Below the pieces are notes generated by a model, which did not search any database, was not told the DNA's origin, and saw only the letters and a list, made by a program, of their open reading frames with translations. A stretch of 64,000 bases of DNA from an uncultured Gammaproteobacteria bacterium (GTDB lineage Bacteria; Patescibacteriota; Microgenomatia; Levybacterales; GWA1-39-11), in NCBI GenBank assembly GCA_964511305.1, contig CAZEEU010000002.1:17608-81607 (forward strand), written 5' to 3'. Of this stretch, positions 26,765 through 36,639 are shown one piece after another (within the stretch, counting starts at the first letter, position 1; the number at the start of each line of letters is the position of its first letter). The translations under genes and the position numbers were made by a program.

Positions 26765-28027
26765 ATGAAAAAAGCTGATGTAATTTCAGAAGCTCAAAGA
26801 ATTTTTGATCTCAACACAATGTCTGGGTATTCCAAATGGCGGGATACTGAGTATAGATTTATTGCTCCTGCAAATCGTGAATATACGTTTCAGTGGTATT
26901 GGGATACCGCCTTTCATGCGATCGTACTTTCTCATTTCGATACTCTCCGCGCAAAAAATGAAATAAGAAATTTCCTAAAAGCACAATGGGATAATGGCTT
27001 CCTCCCCCATATAATATTCTGGGGCAAGAAAAAAATGCTGCCACATTGGGCATACATAGAAAGTGCTATTTCAATACGGCCAAGAACTACTTCCATTACA
27101 CAACCTCCGATTTTTCCAATATCAGTTGAGAAGATATTTCAAAAGGACCATGATCGGGACTTTCTCAAAGAAGTCCTTCCGTCCCTTGCTAAAAATCATA
27201 GGTGGCTTTTAGAAAACCGAGATGTCGATCAAGATTATTTAGTTTCGATAATTTCACCAAATGAGAGCGGCATGGACGAGCTACCTGTATTTCAATATGC
27301 AGCAGGATATACAGGACTTGAAACAGCTCGACTTCACTATACCTATAGACGCGGGGACATTCTCAACCAGCGATATAAATTTGACAATAAGAAAATTCTT
27401 GAGAAAGATTACTTCAATGTTGAAGAACTTCTTTTTAATACCGTTTTTGCTGAAAGCTCAAGGGCACTATCAAGGCTATTTAAAGAAATTGGAAATGCTC
27501 CAGAGTCTGTCTTTTTTGAGATGGTTGCCACAAAAACAGAGGATGCAATCATTTCAAAATGCTGGAATGACAAAGACGAAATATTCTATTCACTCTATAA
27601 AAAGGATGAAAAACAAGCAAAAGTAAAAACTGTTGCCTCACTTATCCCTCTATTTCTTGAAGGGCTTAAGGGTGCAAAACTTAAAAAGCTTGTTGAGGAA
27701 CATTTAAAAAATCCGAAGGAGTTTTGGACCCCCTATCCCTTCCCAAGCGTGAGTCGCGACGAAAAATATTATGTACCAGGTGATACTCCCTTCCATCAAG
27801 TAAAACTCTTATGGCGTGGGCCAACATGGCTTGCCACAAATTGGTTTGTTATAAAGGGCCTGCAAAAACATGGCTATAAAAAATTAGCCAAGGAGGCTGT
27901 TGATAAAATGACTGAGATGATCGATCGCGAAGGATTTAGGGAATACTACAATCCAGAAACCGGAGAAGGTTATAGGCGTCAAAACTTCGGCTGGAGCACA
28001 TTGATCCTTGACTTGCTTGAAGAATAG
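26765..28027 (+). CDS. (alpha/alpha)6-barrel glycoside hydrolase, GH63/GH37-like (glucosidase/trehalase-type)
   Basis: Motifs WYWDTAFH, GMDELP, GPTWLATNW, EYYNPETGEG...FGWST are characteristic of the six-hairpin glycosidase clan (GH63/GH37/GH15-related). Confidence 0.55.
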   Translation: MKKADVISEAQRIFDLNTMSGYSKWRDTEYRFIAPANREYTFQWYWDTAFHAIVLSHFDTLRAKNEIRNFLKAQWDNGFLPHIIFWGKKKMLPHWAYIESAISIRPRTTSITQPPIFPISVEKIFQKDHDRDFLKEVLPSLAKNHRWLLENRDVDQDYLVSIISPNESGMDELPVFQYAAGYTGLETARLHYTYRRGDILNQRYKFDNKKILEKDYFNVEELLFNTVFAESSRALSRLFKEIGNAPESVFFEMVATKTEDAIISKCWNDKDEIFYSLYKKDEKQAKVKTVASLIPLFLEGLKGAKLKKLVEEHLKNPKEFWTPYPFPSVSRDEKYYVPGDTPFHQVKLLWRGPTWLATNWFVIKGLQKHGYKKLAKEAVDKMTEMIDREGFREYYNPETGEGYRRQNFGWSTLILDLLEE

Positions 28028-28082
28028 ATCATCCCCTCCACCCAATTGACACTTCTTAAAATTTTATGTATCCTAAATCTAG

Positions 28083-28499
28083 ATGAAGAAATTCCTATTT
28101 GCAATTTTACTCGCAACCGCTTTCTTAATTCCAACAGCAACATCATCCCAAGCAGCCACACCAAACTTACCAACACATTTTCGTATTCCCCATGTAGCAG
28201 GGGTCTTTGGCATGGGGGTTGCTAAAAAAGCAATCGTAAAAGTTCATTTTGCACCACTCCTCTGGGTTAAAAACGTTAGCTATGTTCTAACATATGATGC
28301 CAATGGAATTCCTCAAGGAATCTCTGGATCATTTAATCCAAATGGAAAGAGTAATGTTTCTAAAGAATTTTTCCTTGGCACCTGCTCAGGCAGCGTTTGT
28401 ATAAAGCATGAAAAAATTAAGAATGTAAAAATACAGGCAACCTTTGAATATACAGATAATACATCAGAAACCAAAACCGACAACATCTTCGTTTTCTAA
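28083..28499 (+). CDS. small secreted protein, hypothetical
   Basis: Cleavable signal peptide (MKKFLFAILLATAFLIPTATSSQA). 138 aa, no motif. Confidence 0.45.
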   Translation: MKKFLFAILLATAFLIPTATSSQAATPNLPTHFRIPHVAGVFGMGVAKKAIVKVHFAPLLWVKNVSYVLTYDANGIPQGISGSFNPNGKSNVSKEFFLGTCSGSVCIKHEKIKNVKIQATFEYTDNTSETKTDNIFVF

Positions 28500-28552
28500 C
28501 TTAAATCTAGCAGCTTTTCTTAATTTCACAAGAATCATGTATAATATAGGAT

Positions 28553-30031
28553 ATGATTCAGGCTAAAAACATTTCATTTGCGCATCTTCGCCCGATATTT
28601 ACTGAAGTGAGTTTTACAATCGGAGAAGGACAAATCGTAGGAATAGCAGGACCAAATGGTGCTGGGAAATCTACTCTCTTTAAGCTACTCATGCGAGAAG
28701 AACATCCCCGAGAAGGAGAGATAGTAATTGATGGATCAATAGTTCTCGTTCCTCAAGAAATTAAGTATGACCCGATCCTTGAAAAGGCTAATACCCTTCG
28801 CGAGTACCTTGATGAACACTATGTCAGAGAAGATCGCGAAATTTTATCAATGATCCATGGACTTGAGATGAATGATATAGATCTTTATGCAGAGCCACAT
28901 AATCTGTCTGGAGGACAAAAAACCAAACTTGCGATTATTCGTGCACTCTTGCTAGAACCTGACATATTACTCCTGGATGAACCTACTAACTTTCTAGATA
29001 CTAAAGGAAAAGCATGGGTTGCTAAATTTCTGTCATCATACCCAAAGACATTATTACTTATAAGTCACGATCTTGATCTCCTTGATTCTGCAATCGATAA
29101 AGTTATGACAATCGATCCTCTCAAAGCAAAAATTGAAGAATATAAAGGTAATTACTCCCAATATCTCAAGTTAAAGGCGCAACACGATGCACTTCTTACC
29201 CGCCAAATTGTTAATACCTCAAAGCACGTGAAGCGAATGGAGAAAAGCTTAGTAGGTCTAATGGGAAGAAAATCAGAAAAAGGAGTCAGGCAACGCGTAC
29301 AACTCCAAAAAAGAATTGAGAGAATAAAAGACAGTCTTCCTCCTCTTCCGAAAGAAGCTAGAGGATTTAGATTAAATCTTCCAGAACCTCATCCGATAAG
29401 TGATATTCCTGTAAGAATTGCAGAAGTCACAAAAGCCTTTGATGATGTAGTAATTCTTGAAGACTTCACAACAACAATAGGAAAAGGAGACAAGGTTGCG
29501 CTTATTGGTAGAAATGGAGCGGGTAAAAGTACGTTCATAAAAATGATAATGGGCGAGATAGAACCTGACAGTGGCGAAATAATAAAAGGACAAAATTTAA
29601 AAATTGGATATTACTCACAAGAGCTTGAAGCATTGGACTTTAACAAAAATCTTCTTGAAACCGTCGCTTTTTACAAAGCTTTTCCTGAAGAAAAAATACG
29701 GGCACATTTGGCTGCCTTCTTATTTACAGGAGATAAAGTCTATCAACGCGTAGGCTCTCTTTCAGGCGGTGAAAAAACCAGACTCTCAATTGCCCTACTT
29801 CTTCTTGATAACTTCAATATGCTCATTCTAGACGAGCCTACGACTTATCTTGACGTTATGTCTCAAAGAATTATTCTAGAGGCGATAAAAAGGTATAAGG
29901 GGACAATACTGATAGTAAGTCACACAGAAGACTTTATAAAAGAACTCATGCCTACAAAAGCAATTATTCTACCAGATCAAAAAGTGGCACGATGGGAAGA
30001 CTCACTGCTAGATGGCGTCGGGGAAATTTAG
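28553..30031 (+). CDS. ABC-F family ATPase (tandem ABC domains, no TM; translation factor/ribosome-associated type)
   Basis: Two Walker A motifs (GPNGAGKSTL, GRNGAGKSTF), two signature motifs (LSGGQKTKL, LSGGEKTRL), inter-domain linker, no membrane domain. Confidence 0.85.
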   Translation: MIQAKNISFAHLRPIFTEVSFTIGEGQIVGIAGPNGAGKSTLFKLLMREEHPREGEIVIDGSIVLVPQEIKYDPILEKANTLREYLDEHYVREDREILSMIHGLEMNDIDLYAEPHNLSGGQKTKLAIIRALLLEPDILLLDEPTNFLDTKGKAWVAKFLSSYPKTLLLISHDLDLLDSAIDKVMTIDPLKAKIEEYKGNYSQYLKLKAQHDALLTRQIVNTSKHVKRMEKSLVGLMGRKSEKGVRQRVQLQKRIERIKDSLPPLPKEARGFRLNLPEPHPISDIPVRIAEVTKAFDDVVILEDFTTTIGKGDKVALIGRNGAGKSTFIKMIMGEIEPDSGEIIKGQNLKIGYYSQELEALDFNKNLLETVAFYKAFPEEKIRAHLAAFLFTGDKVYQRVGSLSGGEKTRLSIALLLLDNFNMLILDEPTTYLDVMSQRIILEAIKRYKGTILIVSHTEDFIKELMPTKAIILPDQKVARWEDSLLDGVGEI

Positions 30032-30405
30032 GGCTGCTGTATTTCCGTGTGCACATTATTTACTGTTATTGGCAAGCACAATAAATCCATAGATTTGTAT
30101 GAGTTGTATATCTCTATTCCCTCACCCTCATTTAATATGGCAGGAAAAAGGATTTCTACTCCTCTTATAAGCTCAGTGCCTCTTATCTCTATGTGCTTGC
30201 CACGAATATTTCTCTTGGGATTATCTACAAAAATGATAGTAGATCCGCCTTCATCGCCAACCTTTGCTTCAATAGTCACATTTGGGAAAAAATTAGAGGC
30301 ATATTCACCATTAGGATCAAGAATATCTTCTCCTAAAAAAATCCACTCACTTTCGTTGGAACAATGATGTCTATTTTTTATATACGATGACGACTCAAGA
30401 AGCAT
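30028..30405 (-). CDS. hypothetical protein
   Basis: 125-aa ORF with a 4-nt overlap with the ABC-F stop. No motif. Confidence 0.3.
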   Translation of the reverse strand: MLLESSSYIKNRHHCSNESEWIFLGEDILDPNGEYASNFFPNVTIEAKVGDEGGSTIIFVDNPKRNIRGKHIEIRGTELIRGVEILFPAILNEGEGIEIYNSYKSMDLLCLPITVNNVHTEIQQP

Positions 30406-30437
30406 TTGGAGTATTGTAAGAATAAGCGTTCAAAAGA

Positions 30438-31121
30438 TCAATAATCTACTTTATTTACTATTTTTCCAAAAACTATAATTGCTAAATCAAGAATTAATGG
30501 AATTCCCAGAAGAACACATGCTGTTGTAAAAAAATCCTGAAGATTCTGGCCGTTTAAAATTTCCAGCGTTAGGCCGGGAATTCTTACTCCCACGAAATAT
30601 AGAGTAATAATAGGCGCAACGATTAGAAGGATAAATTCAATTGCTCCTTCCATATCCTTTTTCGAGGAGTACATGGTATTTGCCATCATAAAAGTAAAAA
30701 CTAAAACCAAAACTGTTAATAAATTAAATCCAAATAGATGGTTTGTAAAAAAGTAAAAAAGAACGGATAGAAGCAAAGCTGTACCAACAATGAATGGCGC
30801 AATCCCAATTAAAAAATTTCTAACAATATCTGTTTTTCCTACTTCTACACTTCCCAACTTCAAACTATTTCCATTCAATAGCGGAAAAAGACTCATTTTT
30901 CCCACATACACAAAAAGTACTTTTGCCATTATTGCATGCGAAAATTCATGAATAACCGTACCAGGTAAAAAAAGTATAGCCATCAACCAAATAGCGACTT
31001 TCTGACTTTTGAAAATTTTATAAAAAAGTAAAGACAACTCAGAGGTCAATTGACGAGAAAGAAAGAATAAGACAATAAGCTCTATAAAGAATAAAATAAC
31101 CACTCTATCTAATGTTACCAA
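30438..31121 (-). CDS. polytopic membrane protein with HExxH motif (putative intramembrane zinc metalloprotease, DUF3267-like)
   Basis: GTVIHEFSHAIMAK at the start of a TM helix. 5-6 TM helices. Confidence 0.4.
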   Translation of the reverse strand: MVTLDRVVILFFIELIVLFFLSRQLTSELSLLFYKIFKSQKVAIWLMAILFLPGTVIHEFSHAIMAKVLFVYVGKMSLFPLLNGNSLKLGSVEVGKTDIVRNFLIGIAPFIVGTALLLSVLFYFFTNHLFGFNLLTVLVLVFTFMMANTMYSSKKDMEGAIEFILLIVAPIITLYFVGVRIPGLTLEILNGQNLQDFFTTACVLLGIPLILDLAIIVFGKIVNKVDY

Positions 31122-31127
31122 AGAACT

Positions 31128-31610
31128 TTACAAAGCGCGGATCAAACTAGCTAAATATTGTGGCACTCTACTTTTCCAGCTTTTTTTTGATAGCATAAGC
31201 GCTCTTATTCTATAACCCTCAAATTCTTCCCTGTTGTGAAGACCTGTGTATATCGCCGCAATTCCATGTCTTTTTATAATTTCATTATTCCATTCATTAT
31301 TACCAAGCGTAACATCAAACGGTCCTGTTTTTTTATATAAGTTCTCAAACCATACGTCATCATCGGGATTATCATCTAAATTTACTATTTTAATCACTCT
31401 GTCACTGTAACCATTTTTATTAACAAACCTTTCAAGCATCAGCCTTCGTTCATGTGCAGACCAAGGATTATTTTTATTCTTCCTGTTAGCACTACCTACA
31501 CCAATGATTATTCTTTCGCATTGCTCGAATGCTTTTTCAAATAAATATACGTGCCCGTTGTGAAATGGCTGAAATCTACCAATAACAAGCCCTATCTTAT
31601 ATTTTTTCAT
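31128..31610 (-). CDS. nicotinamide-nucleotide adenylyltransferase (archaeal/NadM-type cytidylyltransferase fold)
   Basis: Motif GLVIGRFQPFHNGH (HxGH nucleotidyltransferase) plus ISGT-like region. 160 aa. Confidence 0.7.
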   Translation of the reverse strand: MKKYKIGLVIGRFQPFHNGHVYLFEKAFEQCERIIIGVGSANRKNKNNPWSAHERRLMLERFVNKNGYSDRVIKIVNLDDNPDDDVWFENLYKKTGPFDVTLGNNEWNNEIIKRHGIAAIYTGLHNREEFEGYRIRALMLSKKSWKSRVPQYLASLIRAL

Positions 31611-31788
31611 AATTTATGAGTTCCTTCCTGCTCTTACTTCCTCAGCAACACTTATAAATGGTAGTTCTGCTCCCACAATCGCATTCTAATAAACTCTTGA
31701 TGTTAAAACAATAATCTCATTTGCACTCTTTGTAATTAAGATTACAAAAGTATTGTAATAGAAATTACATGCGCATATAATCAACAAA

Positions 31789-32496
31789 ATGCCGGAAAGC
31801 ACTTCGTCTTTGTCCCGCCGCCTTAGCACTCTTTGGAAGAAGCCGGACTTTACTGCTTTCTTTTCCCAATACTCCAAACGCAAACCACTAAAAATCAAAA
31901 AGGGAGGAACTATTTTCTATGAGGGCGATCTTTCAGAAAAGATCTACTGCGTAATTAAAGGCTATGTAAAGCTATATAGACTTTCTGAAAGTGGTCGTGA
32001 TGCAGCGATTTATTTATATGGACCAGGAAGTATATTGGGACTTCGCTCTATCACATCAGAAGATGGGATTCTTAGACACAGCGCCGAAGCCTTAACTGAT
32101 TGCGAAATATCATCAATATCAAAAGATGAATACTTAAGAATACTCTCAGAACATCCCGAGCATGTAGTTGACCTTATGCATTCATTTATTCAACGCTTAA
32201 ATAATGCAGAAAGAAAACTTGAAGGATTTATACTGACAGATACTACTGCTCGAGTGGCAAGCTTTTTTGTCGACTGCGCACTTCGTTTTGGTGAAAAGCA
32301 AGACAAAAACATTGCACTCCCTATTCCTTTCACTCATCAAAGAATAGCTGAATTCGTAGGGGCATTCCGCGAAACGATTACGATTGCGATAAATAAATTG
32401 GAAGGTGAAAAACTTATTTCTCTTGATAAAGGCAAGGTTACTATTCTTAATCTCAAGAAACTAAAACAAAAAACTCATATTAACGACTCCCTCTAA
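31789..32496 (+). CDS. Crp/Fnr-family transcriptional regulator
   Basis: cNMP-binding beta-barrel (IFYEGDLSEKIYCVIKGYVKLYRLSESGRD) followed by HTH (THQRIAEFVGAFRETITIAINKLEGEKLIS). Confidence 0.75.
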   Translation: MPESTSSLSRRLSTLWKKPDFTAFFSQYSKRKPLKIKKGGTIFYEGDLSEKIYCVIKGYVKLYRLSESGRDAAIYLYGPGSILGLRSITSEDGILRHSAEALTDCEISSISKDEYLRILSEHPEHVVDLMHSFIQRLNNAERKLEGFILTDTTARVASFFVDCALRFGEKQDKNIALPIPFTHQRIAEFVGAFRETITIAINKLEGEKLISLDKGKVTILNLKKLKQKTHINDSL

Positions 32497-32700
32497 CGAA
32501 CTGAAACCCCAAGAGACCATACGTATGTATGGGATCATACAATTTTCGTGTGTTATTTATTACAGAAATCTGAATATTGACATGTTTTAATAAAATCATG
32601 AAAAAGATAACTGCCATTCCAGGAAGAATAATAGTTGCTTTCTTAGAGGTTCTAAATTCAAATACCGAAGTTGAGGAAATTTCAAAGTTTAGGATAAATT

Positions 32701-33414
32701 TTAGACAACGCCAGAAAGATACTCTCTTCTTCTATCCGCGTCAAATCTTTCGATAGCATATCGTAAAGCAGTCCTTCCCATCTTCTTATAATTTTTTAAC
32801 AGATATTTCTCCAGATCTTTCTCAGATACTCTTTTGCCTGACTCTCTCAACATCCACCCTACCGCTTTTTGGACTAGATCATTCTTATCCTCCAACAATA
32901 GATCGGCAACCTGGAAGGTCAATGAATTGTCTTTTTTTGCCCGTTGGAACATATGAGTCGCAACCATCGCTATTCTTCTAAGCCATATGTTGTCTGATTT
33001 TGCATAAAATAGAATTAACGTCACTTTTTTATCTAGTAAAAAATCTCCAATTATTTCAGGAGCAGATCCATCAACTAAATCCCAATTGTTTACAGTTTTA
33101 ATATGCTCTACATAGAAATCGAAAATATTTTTTTTCATTTCTAAATCTGCTTTTTTATATCGGTTGACCAAAATAATAAGACCAACTGAACGCTCTTCAT
33201 GTATCTTCGATAATAAGAGTTTTTCAATATCTGCAAGTGTTAACTTTGGAAATTTCTTAGCTAATACACGCTGCTCTGGAAGTGTTACTCCAATGAATTT
33301 GTCACCATATCCGTATTGACCTTCTCCTGTTTTAAAAAACCGTGAGGATGATTTCTTTTTTTTCTCACTTCCTAATGCACCAAGTTCTTTTCTCAATTGA
33401 GCTAAGCTATTCAT
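32701..33414 (-). CDS. DNA alkylation repair enzyme (AlkD/AlkC-like HEAT-repeat glycosylase family)
   Basis: Motifs NNWDLVD and VGWMLRE with HEAT-like repeats, typical of PF08713. Start placed at the internal Met (MNSLAQL). Confidence 0.6.
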   Translation of the reverse strand: MNSLAQLRKELGALGSEKKKKSSSRFFKTGEGQYGYGDKFIGVTLPEQRVLAKKFPKLTLADIEKLLLSKIHEERSVGLIILVNRYKKADLEMKKNIFDFYVEHIKTVNNWDLVDGSAPEIIGDFLLDKKVTLILFYAKSDNIWLRRIAMVATHMFQRAKKDNSLTFQVADLLLEDKNDLVQKAVGWMLRESGKRVSEKDLEKYLLKNYKKMGRTALRYAIERFDADRRREYLSGVV

Positions 33415-33418
33415 TTTC

Positions 33419-33829
33419 TTATTTTTGAATGTAAATATGTGAGTGCCAAATTTCAGCAACAGAAACTTTGCCTTCTTTTCGTGTCATTGAAATCCATTGT
33501 GCATTCTTAAATTTTTTCTCAACCCCTTCTTTTATTTTTGCTTCCGGTAATTCACCTTCCAAACTCCAGAGACAATAATGCATTACGTCAGGTAAATGCG
33601 CTAAAACATTTGTGTGAGGAAAAATATTTTCAATAAGAGCAATTCGTTCATCATTGAATTTTGATGTTATCATCTTTAGAAATTCTTCTCTTGGAATGGA
33701 ATTTTGGTGTGTACTATATTTTTCTCTATCTTCATTCTTTCTTAAAAAGATAGGGTTACAGTCGGTTAAATAATCACGCAATTCAACTAATTCATTCCAG
33801 CTTTCTGGTATTTTGGGGAAGTCATTCAT
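33419..33829 (-). CDS. hypothetical protein
   Basis: 136-aa ORF immediately upstream of the AlkD-like gene. No motif. Confidence 0.35.
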   Translation of the reverse strand: MNDFPKIPESWNELVELRDYLTDCNPIFLRKNEDREKYSTHQNSIPREEFLKMITSKFNDERIALIENIFPHTNVLAHLPDVMHYCLWSLEGELPEAKIKEGVEKKFKNAQWISMTRKEGKVSVAEIWHSHIYIQK

Positions 33830-33842
33830 ACAACTCTATCAG

Positions 33843-34787
33843 TTACCCAATGTTATTATTCTCGGTGTGTACAGGATTCTCCCTTTGCAGCTTTCGAAGA
33901 TATGTACATCCATTCGGACATATTTGACCACTCTGATCAATACATTTCTCACATAAAATAAAATGTCTATGACACCCAACAGTATCGCAATTAATGTAAT
34001 GCTCTGATTTCTTATCGCATTTCTCACATCTACCTACAATTTCATGCTCTGGATCGTTAGTATTAAATCCCATAAGTACTCGCTGATCAAAGACATATAA
34101 CTTTCCTTTAAAATGCTCGTTTGGATATTTTTCCATATAGCTCACTATCCCACCACTTAGTTGATATACGTCTGAAAAACCATTTGCCACCAAAAAGCCT
34201 GATGCTTTTTCGCATCTCACTCCACCTGTGCATACTGTCAGTATTTTTTTATCCTTCAAATTCGCCAACTTAGGAAGTATTTTGGGTAAATCTCGATAAT
34301 TTGTTAATTCTGGAAGAATTGATCCTTCGAAATATCCGGCTTTGTGTTCATAGTCATTTCGCATATCAACAATGAAAAATTCCTGCTTTTTCTCAAACCA
34401 TGAATGAAGCTCTTCAGGAGACAAATGTTTGCCTGTTACACTCCATGGCTTAATATCATTTTCATGCAAGTGCATACTAACTATTTCCTCCCTAACCTTT
34501 ATTGAAAGTTTTGGAAATGCTTCACCGGTACCTGTTGACCTTTTCCAATGTACGTCAGAAAATCTTGGGTCTTTTGACATTTCCTCAATATACTTTTCTG
34601 TTGACTCAACGGTGCCTTCGACAGTACCATTTATTCCCTCTGTTGCGATGATGATTCTGCCAGTAAGACCCAGACTCTCACAAAGCCTGCGCTGTTCGCG
34701 CATTTCATGTACTGGATTTTCTATTTCCACATATTTGTAAAATAGGAGTATCTGATAATTATTCATAGGTATCCTAACTTTGCCCAC
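33843..34787 (-). CDS. trhO: rhodanese-domain tRNA uridine(34) hydroxylase TrhO (UPF0176/YceA family)
   Basis: N-terminal ILLFYKY...E, rhodanese domain with active-site Cys (VCTGGVRCEKASG), C-terminal Cys-rich tail (CEKCDKKSEHYINCDTVGCHRHFILCEKC). Confidence 0.75.
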   Translation of the reverse strand: MGKVRIPMNNYQILLFYKYVEIENPVHEMREQRRLCESLGLTGRIIIATEGINGTVEGTVESTEKYIEEMSKDPRFSDVHWKRSTGTGEAFPKLSIKVREEIVSMHLHENDIKPWSVTGKHLSPEELHSWFEKKQEFFIVDMRNDYEHKAGYFEGSILPELTNYRDLPKILPKLANLKDKKILTVCTGGVRCEKASGFLVANGFSDVYQLSGGIVSYMEKYPNEHFKGKLYVFDQRVLMGFNTNDPEHEIVGRCEKCDKKSEHYINCDTVGCHRHFILCEKCIDQSGQICPNGCTYLRKLQRENPVHTENNNIG

Positions 34788-34916
34788 TCGCTTTGCTCGG
34801 GGTAAAATAGAACCATTTTATTTTCTATTCTATAGAGATCTTATTATACCAAAATTGAGAGTCAATTCGCTCTCTATCTTGACTATTTGTCTTCCAGTAT
34901 TTAATATTTACCCAAC

Positions 34917-35204
34917 ATGGCCGCAAAGTACCGTCAATTATTTCTTGATATGATGCAAGAGCATCGCGATCTTTTCCTCGACTTTAAGGAAGTGCATGAT
35001 AAATTCATGGAAGATGATTCTCTGAAGCCTGAATTTAATGAGAAAGGAACCAAGGTTGTTGAGGTAATACGGGATTATGAAAGACGTCTTACATCTCAAC
35101 AAGACAAAGGACAATATTCTAAGTTTTCGACGGGACTATCAGATAAATTCTGGGATCAAATCCGCTCCTTTCTCCCATACATAGACTTTGTAGGTGTTAA
35201 ATAA
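34917..35204 (+). CDS. small hypothetical protein
   Basis: 95-aa ORF, helical, no motif. Confidence 0.3.
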   Translation: MAAKYRQLFLDMMQEHRDLFLDFKEVHDKFMEDDSLKPEFNEKGTKVVEVIRDYERRLTSQQDKGQYSKFSTGLSDKFWDQIRSFLPYIDFVGVK

Positions 35205-35267
35205 TACCATTAAGTTATATCTTGGCTCTGTACTTCTTGTGCTTAAAATTGTATACTTTAACTTCCA

Positions 35268-35603
35268 ATGGCACACCTCGCAGAACTTAAAATTGAAGAG
35301 CTCGTAGTTGGTAACGGCGCAGAAGTTAAAGAAGGCGACACAGTGGTTATGCACTATACCGGTTCGTTTCAGGATGGTGAAAAGTTTGATTCATCTGTTG
35401 ATCGCGGCGTTCCATTCGAAACCAAAATCGGTGTAGGTCATGTGATTAGAGGTTGGGATGAAGGTGTTCCCGGAATGAAAGTTGGAGGAAAGAGAAAATT
35501 GTTCATTCCTTATACAATGGCTTACGGAGAAGAAGGTGCTGGAAGCGTTATCCCCCCACTAGCAGATCTTATTTTTGAAATGGAACTCCTCGCGATTAAA
35601 TAA
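35268..35603 (+). CDS. FKBP-type peptidyl-prolyl cis-trans isomerase
   Basis: Motifs VVMHYTGSFQDGEKFDSS, GWDEGVPGMKVGGKRKLFIPYTMAYG, LIFEMELL. Confidence 0.85.
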   Translation: MAHLAELKIEELVVGNGAEVKEGDTVVMHYTGSFQDGEKFDSSVDRGVPFETKIGVGHVIRGWDEGVPGMKVGGKRKLFIPYTMAYGEEGAGSVIPPLADLIFEMELLAIK

Positions 35604-35628
35604 CTCTCAGTTTTGCTACAATTGCTTC

Positions 35629-36504
35629 ATGCTTTGGTTTTTTCTCTCACTTTTTGTCGCTGCCTCAAGCTCGACAACAAATATTTTAACGAAAAAAGCC
35701 TCAAAAGAAATTTCACCTCTTACATTCCTGCTTTTATTTTTTGGCTTTATTATTCCATTTGACATACTACTACTTCTTTTACTTGGCGGCACACCAAACG
35801 TATCCGAAGCTTTTTACTTCATGATGCTGCTCTCCATCGGACTTGATGTTATTGCGTTTATTTGTTCTATAAAAGGAATTCAGCTTTCTGACCTTTCTCT
35901 GATTGTTCCTCTCTCATCGTTTCTGCCGGTATTTACGATTATATTTAATGCTATTCTTTTTCAGGAATTCCCAACCCCTATAAAGTTCCTAGGGATTCTT
36001 TTAATTGTTGTTGGTGTTTATGTCCTTAACTTAAAAGATGTTAAGAGAGGTTTTTTAAGACCCATTCAGGACGTCTTATTTAATCGTGGCGCGCAATTAT
36101 TTCTTTTCGCCAATTTTATATGGTCAGTCACTCCAATTTTTCAAAAACAGGCAGTTCTTGCAACAATGCCCCAGAGTCCCGCATATATTGCTCTTGTAAA
36201 TTCGGTAGGAATATTTAGCGTATTGATTGTAATCGTATTTCTCAAAAGAGAAAAAATATCAAAAGCGTTTGTCAAAAAACATACACCTCTTTTTCTTTTG
36301 CTTGGAGTCCTTGGGGCAAGTTCTCAGTACGCAGCGTTTACTGCATTTTCACTTACAAACGTTGCGTATCCAAATGCTGTTTTTAAATTATCTACTCTTT
36401 TTACCGTTATTGTTGGTGGGATACTTTTAAAGGAGAAAAATGTAGGGTCGAGAATAATAGCAACAATCATAATGCTCACAGGCGTAGTCTTCCTCATCTT
36501 CTAA
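35629..36504 (+). CDS. EamA/DMT-family transporter
   Basis: 10 TM helices in two 5-TM halves. Start placed at the first Met after the FKBP stop (ORF begins at 35575). Confidence 0.6.
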   Translation: MLWFFLSLFVAASSSTTNILTKKASKEISPLTFLLLFFGFIIPFDILLLLLLGGTPNVSEAFYFMMLLSIGLDVIAFICSIKGIQLSDLSLIVPLSSFLPVFTIIFNAILFQEFPTPIKFLGILLIVVGVYVLNLKDVKRGFLRPIQDVLFNRGAQLFLFANFIWSVTPIFQKQAVLATMPQSPAYIALVNSVGIFSVLIVIVFLKREKISKAFVKKHTPLFLLLGVLGASSQYAAFTAFSLTNVAYPNAVFKLSTLFTVIVGGILLKEKNVGSRIIATIIMLTGVVFLIF

Positions 36505-36514
36505 CTTACTTAAT

Positions 36515-36634
36515 TACGGGTGACACGTCGAAGGGGCTCCATCGAGAAAATTTCACAAGCGATCAATAAAAAATAGACAGGTAGAGCGGGTGGATATTTT
36601 TGAAAATGGGGATTTAGACGTGACAGGACCCGTA
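36515..36634. repeat. ~120-bp intergenic element bounded by terminal inverted repeats (MITE-like or structured RNA), copy 1
   Basis: TACGGGTGACACGTC...GACGTGACAGGACCCGTA. The ends are reverse complements (ACGGGT/ACCCGT and CACGTC/GACGTG). A second copy at 43848..43965 is ~90% identical in both arms. Confidence 0.6.
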
Positions 36635-36639
36635 TCCCC

